Positions 24,000 to 34,363 of a stretch of DNA of 64,000 nucleotides are shown here, in pieces; position 1 is the stretch's first letter, and every line of letters begins with the position of its first letter. The stretch is from positions 2,294,001-2,358,000 of the forward strand of contig CM030336.1 of NCBI GenBank assembly GCA_017654855.1. Direction: 5' to 3'. The notes below the pieces were generated by a model. That model saw nothing but the letters and a program-made list of their open reading frames with translations. It made no database searches and was not told the origin of the DNA. The stretch comes from Podospora anserina (Eukaryota). A program made the position numbers and the translations under genes.

Positions 24000-26900
24000 T
24001 GTTTGGTGCTTTTTTCCCTATCAGACCTCGAACTGTATAGGTCAGAAAGTTGCGGTTCGTATGGCCCGTATGGGGTTCCTGTGGTGACGTGATGGATCGC
24101 AAGGCGCTGTCAAACTGCGATATCATATCATGATCGGTGGTGGTCAAAGCTTGGTGCCTGCAACTGAGACTTTACTGTATCAAGTTAGCTTAGGGAATAC
24201 AAAAGTGGTTCTCTACATGTTCTGCCCCACTTTGAGCCCAACCTGGCAGATCGTGGTCTTGCTTTACCAACCCCAACCCTTGGAATTTTGGGACATTGAT
24301 TCGGTTGACGTCGATATCAGAATCAAAACCTTACCAAGATATTCCCAACGACGTACATCTTGACAGACAGAGCCACCACTCGGGCGGTTGTGTTTATATA
24401 CACAGGCCCAGGTTACTCGTGGAACCATCGAAGATCAGAAGATCAGCGAGAGGGTCCCTGAACAACATGGCAGGTGTCGGCCGGGCGTGGACGATACAAG
24501 GGGTATAGCACGCATGAAACCAGGAAACTAATGCAAGGCCTCGCGGAATCCAGCTTCGACACCAATCTCAGCACCAACTGGAACGACCTTAAAGGCCTCC
24601 GAAGAAGCCAAGAGAAAGGGTTACCGTTCCGAAATTCCAACTGATCAATCACAGAGGCATTCACACCGTGTTGTTACCACCGCGGAGACTCTCACACGAC
24701 TCATCCACTTTTCTTTTTCTCTGCTTGCGACAGCTTTCAAGAAGCCCATTCATTACCACAACTTATCGAGTCATGAAGATTGTCGGGTCAGGTGCGACAT
24801 GGGGCTTTCCAACCTGCGCCCAATCGACGTCCATGATACTGCCGTCTGCTGTACCAGCCCGCCGCCTATGCTTTGCGGGGCCGCCCAGTTGACAAGCCCG
24901 CAGATACGGGATCTTCTCTAGAAGAGCCATATGCCGTGACCTGACATTAGGCGATTTCCCTTCAGTGAGCTATGCTGTCATGCTGTCGTGCTGCCAGGTA
25001 GGTGACGGGCTGGCCGCCATCGAGAGAGTCTTGTGCGATTGAGTGACATATCCCTCAAAGAGATCGTCTTTTCGTGCCTAGAAATCAACCTCAACCGCAT
25101 TCGGGTCAGTCTCCGCCGGATCAAGTCCCCGGGCCGCTCCACTCCCCCTCCTCCGCTGCCGAAGGAGGAGCTTGGGAGTGGTCCAGACCCGTTCTTCTGC
25201 TTGAGACTCTCAACTTGTCACCCGCAAATCGGCCTTCCACCATGGTACTGTTGCATACGCATTTATTAGCCGACTCACCGGTTTCATGCACTGCTGGTTC
25301 CTCGGACGGCAGCACACCACTGGTCCCCAACCTGTGGTGTTGGCAGTGGGTCATGGTCGTTTTTGTTTGGAGACGCCAGAGGCAGCTGCTCGACTGAGCA
25401 GAGCGCCTGTCGTTGTCGAGCCGCTCCGAATTCTGACATGCCTGACAGTGCCGGCCTTTCAAAAAAGGGCATAAAATTGCTCTGGATGCCCATGGCTGAC
25501 GGCGTGCTTGAAGAAGGCCATACAGCATCAGGATTGGGTAGCTCAGTCCGCATCGTGCTGCATTTTTCATCTGCCGTGTGACCATTGACCCAAGAGTTTT
25601 TTTGTGTGAAGTGGATGGCAACCGTCAAGGTTAACAGCGGCTTCCCCAGCGCGGCACATGGTTCGTAAGGCAGACCAATATCAGGGATATATATCGTACT
25701 TCTTATGTCGTCTTCGTCGTGGTTCACTTGGCTCGCCCATCGTACTTGGTGCCTCCCACAGGCAGAAAAATAGATGGCGGGGTTGGCTCCTTGCCTCGGT
25801 CTTGGTTGGCATATGTACGTTGGCATGGAAATTTTTATCCACCACACCATGTTGACTTGTAGTTGTCACTGTGCAGATCTCGAGTGTCCTGTCATACTGG
25901 CCACATGTTCCACAGCACGACAAGTGATCGACTCGGCGATGAAGGACCCAGCCTTACCCGGGACAACCGCCTCGGTGTCATCGTGGCATCAGCCCAATTG
26001 ACCACAAGATGGCGGATGTGCTGAAGGGAAAGGGGGGCATCATGTAGAGAGAGGCACGAGTGCAGCCGCCAGCTTCCACCAATGACACCGCCCAGCTCAG
26101 TCTGTGGACAGTGATCTGAGACGTCCGTAGAAAACCTCTTATCTGATATGGAATGTCTTTGAAGAACTGACTTCGGGAGAATATCCCGAGTCTGCCATTG
26201 GAAACGGAGCCGGGCTGCTGTGCTCATACCAGAAAGGGTCTTGTTGGATTCATGCTTCTGTACGTGACTTGATCGGGACACCATTGCACCCCTGAAGTTG
26301 AACAGCTGTCTGTGACCGCAAGGTACCCCTGGATTCAAGAATATTGCAAACGTGGGGGACGACTCGGTAGGGCAGGTGGGGTTGACAGCGTTGATGGGCC
26401 CTCGCCGAGATGCTTTGCAAACGGAATTCTTGGTGCTGTTAAACGGGCAAAGTCAGTCCCAATGTCAGGTCGATATCAGAGATGAGCGAACCGTCCACTT
26501 GTATGCTTATCCGCTAATGGAGGAATATCAACGGCAACGGGCTTCACATCGGTGTCAAGATGAGCTGCTGGCCGCTGGCTGCGAGTCTTCACCATGGCCA
26601 TTCATGGTTGAAAAGAGGCAATCAGCAAATTGGTGTGTGCGGGACAGATGCCCCCCTGTCAGATGCAGCAGCAATCCACCACCCCATTTTCTCAGTCTTT
26701 TGTGGGCGCCAAACATGGCGACTACAAGGTCCTTCAATGTGGCCTTCTGAGAATGTTATGCAGACGCCGTTGGGGTCCGAGAATCAGAAAAATGAAGCGC
26801 GAAGTGAGACAGAAGTTCGGAAGGTCTTAATTTCTTGAGTCGGAGATGGTGGAGGGCTGGAATTGACGTTTGCTCAAGCACCAGCGGCATCTTTGGTTCT

Positions 26901-28736
26901 GGCGGGGCTCGTACCCCACCCACTCCGAATTCTTTTGACGCCATTCAACTTGTCAGAAAGGCAGCCATCAAGGTGACGAGGCTCCCGTATTCCATCATGC
27001 TCAGAACATCACACGCAGCATGTGTCAACGACCTTTCCTGGATTCCCACTCTTGTTGCTTCTGATCCAGAGCAGGGAACAGGGCAGCTTTGTGTTCCTAC
27101 AATAGGTGGGCATGTTGACAGCCTCAAGCCTCACCCGCAACCAGGTAACCAAGGTACACCACAGCCTTGCCCAGCAATTTTTTGAGCCTTTTCCAAGATC
27201 GACCCCCTCGGGTCGTCTGTAACAAGGAATCCCTGAACCGGAAGAGACGGCTGATCTCCGGCCGTCCCCGATAATCTGAGTCCGTTCTTGGTGTTGTTGC
27301 GCTAAAGATTAGTGGGCTGTCACAGTTGCAATCCGAATCGATTACGAGCCTCATGGAAAGGTCAGCACCCTTCAGCAAGAAAACACGCAACTAAGGAAAG
27401 GATGGAGAGCTAATTCCATGAATTATGCCTATTTGTCTTCCCCATCACTTAGGGCTTGCCTATATAGATGTTAGCAGCTTAATGAATAGTTGTAGATGAG
27501 GTGATCTGACAGATCTATACACAAGCAAGACAAATATCTCCATCTCTACCCCCGCCGCCCTGCTCATTAGCCATTGTTACGGGGCACACCGGGCTGCAAC
27601 GCTGCCTTTATGGCACATGCAGTTGTAGCCGGTACATTATTCCGCTCTGCGCTACCGTGGTGGTGGTTGCATTCTGTGTCGCAGGCCTCAATATGATGGT
27701 ACCGTAATAATGTGTAATTACCATCTCAGCACATGTAAACGGTTCCGCATTCTCGTATAACCGTCAACGTCTGTCTGTGTGGAGTTTCCGCCGTTTCATC
27801 AGCCACAGCCGACCTGAGCTGTCTTGCTGCTTTCAAGCTTCTGCCTCAGGTATCAGGCTTTCACCTGGCTGAGGCAAAGTGCTCCGTTCGGCATCCGTTT
27901 GTTCCGCCCGCACATTGGGATAGCTGAGGTGAGAGGCTCAGTTCCAGGTTGAAGCAATCCCTTGTCCACCACCTCGACAACTTCTTCTTCACAGCAAGTG
28001 GAAATTTCTTTGGTCTCCTGGTTGCAGACTGACCTTCTGTCACATAGTCGCACGACAGACAACCTGGAAGCCATTTCACCCTCCACTGCAGAGCAGACCC
28101 CAACCCCAACGAGCGCCATTTGCAACCTCCACAAATCCGCCAAGAGCTCCACATTCAACCTCGATCCTTGCGGCGCCTGACTGCCTGGGCCACTGTCCGA
28201 CGCGTTCTCCCTGGCGTCGGCCTTGCTCACCCCGGCCCAAGAACTTTCATTCAGTGCTGCTTGACCTGGCTGGACTGTCGACGCGATTTTTTTGCCCTAT
28301 CCAACATCGCCTTACCCTCTCTGCCTCTGGCTGTACCTCGCACCTACCGTCTGAGGCTTGATCCCGCTTTTTTCGGCCTTGCAGCGCGCCTTTGAACCTT
28401 TTTCGAGCCGCCAAACGCAAGCCTGCCCAACTCTTGTCAGCAAGAAAAAAAAATCACATTTTGGCAGCCAAAGCACCCGACCACAGCACCGCACCCCAGT
28501 GTCAGGTCCCAAGGTTCCCCGTCACCTCACCTCTCCCGCCCTCAACCGACTCGGTGGCCCGTTGCGCGAACGTCGCGCCGTACCTTGGCCTCAGCTGCTG
28601 TCCGCCAAACAGCAACCATCCCAAAGTCCTGCAGTGACAGACACCTGCCCTTTCCGCACCCAATCGTCGCGTCGCCGAAATTTCCCTCCGTCAAGCGGCT
28701 AAGTCGACAGAAAATTTCGATTTTCCAATTATCACC

Positions 28737-31700
28737 ATGGGTAAGTACGACATCAATTGCATTCCTCTCCCTGGATACCATCGGTATAGGTATCCCCCCC
28801 TCTTCCCAATCAGCCAGCCCATTCGGGCGGTCAACCAGCCAGACAGCCAGCCAGACACACGAAGAGACTGAACACTCTCTCCCCGCTGTTCGCCCTGTCA
28901 GCTTCCATTCTGGCCCTCCAGGTGCGCGTGCGCAAGTCGCGTCCTCGTTGAGCCTCCTCCCGAAGATGCCTGCCTCTTCCCCTCCGCTCCGTTCCCCCCT
29001 CCCCCTCATCCCATCCCCGTCCTGAGTCTTGCATATACACACCCCCAGCAAGACATCAGGACATATCTCTGTCCATCCACACACACCGGGCGGTTCTGGG
29101 ATGGACGGACTACTCCAGGCCGGAACACCTCGATCGTGGGCATTATCCCAGATGCCTCAGTGACGTGTTACTGCCGCTTGTAACCCCCAAATCTCCAGGA
29201 CCTGCCCAGTCGGCGTTTTTTGGTCGATTTCCACAGGGCCAGTCTGTGGCAGTCGGTGCAGGTTGGTCCTCGAGCCTTGCTCGCTCGCTCTACCACTCAC
29301 AAGGGCCCCTCGCTGCTGCAGTGTCTTGCAGTTTTCCTACCTGCACTGCCTGGTCTCCGACATACCACCCACATACACCCATCCGCCCGTACATACATAC
29401 ATGTACCTTCACAATCAGCCCCCCCCCCCCTCTCAGCCAGCCTGCATGTCTTTCCCATCCTGATCCACAATCCTCGGATTCTCTCACTACCACCCCCCCG
29501 CCGCCGCCCCCTCAAGTGCTACCTACCATTCCTTCAAATTGCCATCCCTCAATCACTTCACTTCCTTTTCTTCTTTCCCCACCTATCACCAACCCTACCT
29601 TAGCTGGCTTCTTCCAACATCTCGTTTCTGACCGATTTCTAACCTTCTCTTTCTCTCTCTAGCTGACTCCGGTGATACCTATCGCCCTGTAAGTATCTGC
29701 CCTGATTCTTGGCCTGTGCACTCTGTTCTTCGTCGTCTCGATGAGACCGGCGGCTATCTCTTATAGCCGCAAGCTCTCGGAGGAATGGCGTGACTGGTGG
29801 TCAGACCAGACTCTCATCCCATCCACCTGGCGTCAGTCAGATATGTGGTTTGGTGTTTGCGCTTTCGAGCTCTTCGGCCCTGATGAGTTTGAGACCTGTG
29901 GGTTCTTTGTGTTGAAAGTCCAATGCCATGATCACTGATGATTAGGTGCTGGAGGATCAACACGGCGCTCCCCCGCTTTAGGCGTGCCAGAGACAAAGAC
30001 ATATACTGGCGAGTCACATGACATGGTTACATACTGACATTGTGACCAGCGTGAGAGATCGCGCTCTCCCAGACGTGGACGTTCCCGCAGTCCGAACAAC
30101 GGTACCCGTCGGTCATATTCGCCCCGTGACCGCTCACGGAGTCGTCATCGGAGAAGAAGCCGTTCGCCCATGACTGGACAGGGCGCATCCGCTGGAGGAT
30201 CAGGACAAGGATACAACAATAACGGAGCTCCTCATAGATCGTTCGAAGATCGTGCCGTTCACCGCGAAAACGTCATGAATAACATTCGAGAGTCGTCGCA
30301 GCAGGACCGCCGCGTCTATGTCGGCAACCTGTCTTACGACGTCAAGTGGCACCACCTCAAGGATTTTATGAGGCAGGGTGAGTGGATGGCGCTTGGGGAA
30401 GGAATGGATGGAGGAAGAGACTAACGTGACCTCTCACAGCCGGTGAGGTTCTCTATGCCGACGTATTGCTTCTTCCCAATGGAATGTCGAAGGTGGGCTT
30501 TCACGAGTGATTTTGGCTGGTTCCTTTGTGGTTCCTATTCTGTTTGGTTATTTGATGGACGGTTGGGTTGACGGGTTGGGACGCTGTCCACGACGATATT
30601 TAGGGATGCGGGTAAGTTTCTTCATGCGCACCGGTCAATCCGAGAACAAAGTGCTAACCTTGTGGCTGTCATAGAATTGTGGAATACGCCACTAGGGAGC
30701 AGGCTCAGAATGCCGTTGCGACGCTCAGCAATCAGAACCTAATGGGGAGACTGGTGTATGTCCGCGAGGCAAGTACCCGGACCCGGCAACGAGCGGAGCC
30801 ATTCTGTGACGCTAACAATGGATAGGATCGTGAGGCCGAACCTCGCTTCGGTCCTCCTGGAGGAGGTGCCCGCGGTGGTTTCGGTGGCCCTGTTGGCCCT
30901 GGCGGTGGTGCTCCGTACGGAGGAGGATTTAACCCCGGCATGGGAGGTGGAGCTCCAGGAGGCGGGGCCCCAGGTGGTGCTCGTCAAATCTTCGTGTCCA
31001 ACGTTTGTCATATCTCCCCATTCCGGTTCTTCGTTGCCAACGTGGCAATATGATGCTGACAACCTCTGTAGCTGCCGTTCAACATTGGTTGGCAAGACCT
31101 GAAGGATCTGTTCCGGCAGTCCGGTAAGTAACCTGATGCGACTGATGTGTGAGGAGTCTAACAAGTGCAACTGCAGCACGAACTGGTGGGGTTATTCGCG
31201 CCGATGTTCATCTCGGCCCCGACGGTCGCCCCAAGGGTTCTGGTATCGTTGTATTCGAGTCCCCCGACGATGCGAGAAACGCTATTCAGCAATTCAACGG
31301 CTATGACTGGCAAGGTCGCGTAATTGAGGTTAGGGAGGACCGTTTCGCCAATGCTGGTATGGGTGCTGGCGGTTACGGTGGCCGCGGTGGCTTCGGCGGT
31401 CGCGGTGGCTTCGGCGGTGGCTTCGGCGGCCGTGGAGGCTTCGGCGGTCGCGGTGGTTTCGGCGGCGGCGGTTATGGTCGTGGAGGCTATGGCGGCGGTC
31501 CTGGTGGTGGTCCTGGCGGCCCCAGCTTCGGTGGTCCTCCAGGCGGCGATGCCTCTGTCCCTCCGAACCCTTTTACTGACAATGCCACCGCCGGCACTGA
31601 GAAGAACGAGATTATCTACGTTCGCAACGTGAGTGCCCTTTTCACCCCCGATGCCCATTGATGGTTTCTAACAATACCCTAGCTTCCTTGGTCTACGAGC

Positions 31701-31964
31701 AATGACGATCTCGTTGAGTTGTTCTCGACTATCGGCAAGGTCGAGCAGGCCGAGATCCAGTACGAGCCTAGTGGCCGCTCGCGTGGCAGCGGTGTTGTTC
31801 GCTTCGACAATGCCGACACCGCCGAAACCGCCATCAACAAGTTTCAAGGATATCAGTACGGCGGCCGGCCTCTGGGTCTGAGCTACGTCAAGTACTTGAA
31901 CCAGGGTGGTGGTGACGCCATGGACACCGACCATGGTGGATTGACTCAGGACCAGATCATGTAA
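28737..31964 (+). CDS. GBP2: SR-like three-RRM RNA-binding protein (Gbp2/Hrb1/SnxA family); 10 exons: 28737-28740, 29663-29688, 30050-30377, 30440-30492, 30604-30611, 30675-30768, 30826-31002, 31072-31123, 31177-31628, 31683-31964
   Basis: The spliced product begins [25 protein letters not shown] (RS domain). RRM1 [21 protein letters not shown]...SKGCGIVEY; RRM2 [20 protein letters not shown]...PKGSGIVVF; an RGG tract; RRM3 [19 protein letters not shown]...SRGSGVVRF. The first two exons are inferred from splice signals and frame. Confidence 0.9.
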
Positions 31965-32349
31965 ACCAAGCATGAACACTTGCTTGAGCTCGAATCGAAC
32001 TCAGCCATTGGATCGTCAACAGCCACTGTCGACAAATACAGTCATCAACGTTATTGGATGAGTCAAAGCTGCCACAAGATATCACTTCCGCTCTTCGACT
32101 CGTTTACACGATCTCGTCGCTTATTCCCGTCGACATGGGCCCAGAGCATTCAATAGCACCTCGGTTCGACACAACATTGACGACATTCCTCACCCTCAGC
32201 AGATTGTTTGTATTGCGTTTTGTTTCTTTTTCTAATGGGGAGGTGGAGGATTCGGTAGTTTATGTCAGGAGGAATGAAAAGAGGTGGTTTACAGACTCGA
32301 CTTTTTAGTCTTCAACACTCGGGTCTCAGCAACGCAAAAAATTTTGGTG

Positions 32350-33300
32350 CGCAGTGTTTTTGCTCGATTGGGACTGTCCGTTCTCTTGGCGCCGCGGAAA
32401 ATGGAAATCGGACGGCTTTTAAACCCCTAGAATGTACAGCGAATAGCATCTGATTATCCCGTTGATGGCGGCGTTCGAAGGAAGGGCGCCGGGCAACGAT
32501 AGGCTTGTTGGTAAGGGTGTGTGCGATGCGTAGGAGCGGGCTGGCCAGCCATGGTTCGCGGACTTGAAGAGCGTGTGGTGAGTTTGCATGTGGAAAAAGT
32601 GTAGGATCGGCCGTCGTCAGAGCATGGTACTGGTGCTGTCATTGGCGCTGGCGTTTTTGGTATGCTTTGGGTCCTGGCTGATTGTGATGGCGTTGGCGAG
32701 ATGATGGATGGCCCCCAGTTCATATGGCCTGCAATACCGCAACTCTGTTCGGCCCATCCACCGTTGTTATAAAAAGGTTGTGGATCACGATATCCTTATG
32801 AAAGGAAATGGGAGTTGAAGGCGTTTTGTGTTTTGGAAAATCGATACCCCCCGGCTGCGTTGGTTTTATGAATTCTTCGGTAATTGGGAGATATATGCGT
32901 TTGACGTTGTGGGCTTCATTTTAGGGGCAAAGCAAGCCCGGCATACATGGTACATCTCGGGACATTTTGCCACCGATTTGAATATAAACTCGTTTTTTTT
33001 GGAACCCGTTATTGTCCTCGTATGTATATTGGACGTGTGTTTCTGCAGTTGGCTGCAGCTTGTCAACGCAGTATTTGTCACTTCAAGGACGGTTGTTAGA
33101 GGCAACCACGTTGGGCGGGAGAGCGGGGATACATCTGACAGTGTTTTTTTGCGACTTTCCAAACAAACAATTTAAATCGAAGTCCACCACGGGTGGTTGG
33201 ATTCAGGAATGGAATGTTTACGCCATTGTGACTAACCCATCGGGTCCGTCCATATCCTCTTCATCAAAGCAGAGATGTGACCAGGTAATCTATATATCCC
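32350..33300 (-). pseudogene. Possible eroded APH/phosphotransferase-family pseudogene (boundaries approximate)
   Basis: A minus-strand frame reads PISFHKDIVIHNLFITTVDG..VAVLQAI* (an HxDxxxxN Brenner-like motif at ~32777-32800), followed by a frameshifted NWG where DW is expected. There are multiple stops and frameshifts. Confidence 0.3.
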
Positions 33301-33418
33301 AGTTATCAAATTAAGCTGTTTAATAATCCCCAACACATGGATATCTTTTTTTCCAGCTCTCGGCTGGCTGGCTGGCTCAGACAGATTTAGATACAGCACA
33401 ATAGGGCTCACTTTTCTT

Positions 33419-33938
33419 CTACGCCTGAGTCTTCATCTTCCTCCTCGCCTTCTCCTTGGCCTTGCGCTTGGTCCTGTCCCTCGGCTTGAGCCCGCTCATG
33501 CCCGCCTTGCAGACGTCGGCGTACCGGGCGTAGAAGGAGTCGAGGTCGTCGGGCTGGATGATGGTGGAGAGCTTGACTTTTTTGCCCTCGTTGCGGGCCT
33601 CTTTTGACTTGGAGTTGGAGGCGCGGATTAGGATTGGGGCTTGGGGGAGGGGGGTGGTGGTGAGGGTTTCTTCATGTTCTTGTTCTGATAGGGTTTCTTT
33701 TGCTGATTCGTCGTAGGAGTCTGAGGGGGTTTGTTAGGGGGGTGATGAGGTTGGGAAGGGGGGGAGGGTAACGAACAGCGTTTTTGGGTGAGGAGGATGG
33801 TGCCCTTTTGGGATTGTTTTTGGGTTGTGAAGAGGGCTGTGAGGGCGGTGAAGAACTATGGAGTGTCAGTGTGTGAGAGGTGAGATAAGGGGGGGGAGGA
33901 AGGGGGTTTACCTCGTCTTGGGATAGGTGTTTGCTCAT
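33419..33938 (-). CDS. SRP14: Signal recognition particle 14 kDa subunit; introns 33856-33911 and 33721-33776
   Basis: The spliced product reads MSKHLSQDEFFTALTALF...GTILLTQKR...PILIRASN...KVKLSTIIQPDDLDSFYARYADVCKAGMSGLKPRDRTKRKAK. The ORF track misses it. Confidence 0.92.
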
Positions 33939-34245
33939 TTTGGGTGGTGGGTTGGGGGTGAGTGCCCTGGTGAGAGATGGTTCTGTGTTTATGAGACCCG
34001 TTCCTCTCAACACGCTCGCGAGTCAAGTGTGCGATGACTGAAAATGGAGATGTTACTTGGGGTTGTAGTGTGAGTGTGGGTGTGTGATAGCCCCGCCAGT
34101 ACGTTGTCGTTGCCCGTTGATGGAGACTGGCGGGATTGCCCAGGCTGATACTGTGGGGTCCCCAAAAGTTAGCGCAGTGAAGTCAAAAGTGGGTGCGGTT
34201 TGATTTAGTGGGCCCCACTTGACATCTTAGGACGGTGCGCTGCGG

Positions 34246-34255
34246 TTATCGATAA
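34246..34255. promoter_or_regulatory. TTATCGATAA(G) palindrome in the SRP14/SGD1 bidirectional promoter
   Basis: A perfect palindrome ~110 bp upstream of the SGD1 ATG, identical to the copy at 6222. Confidence 0.5.
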
Positions 34256-34363
34256 GAAAAAGTTCAGGACTTTGGGGGAGTTTCAAGAATCAACGGAACA
34301 CAGAGCGCAAAGCCGGTTAGCCCACCCACGATACTCTGAGACACCAATTTTGTTCGATAAAAG

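Noticed and set aside
29881..29938. TGATGA...CTGA pair in intron 2 of the GBP2-like gene as a box C/D snoRNA
   Set aside because: It spans only 58 nt, lacks the purine before box C and a terminal stem, and I recognised no rRNA-complementary guide.
31370..31520. GGCGGTCGCGGTGGCTTC-type tandem repeats as a CRISPR-like or satellite array
   Set aside because: They encode the RGG/FGG tract of the RNA-binding protein and have no unique spacers.
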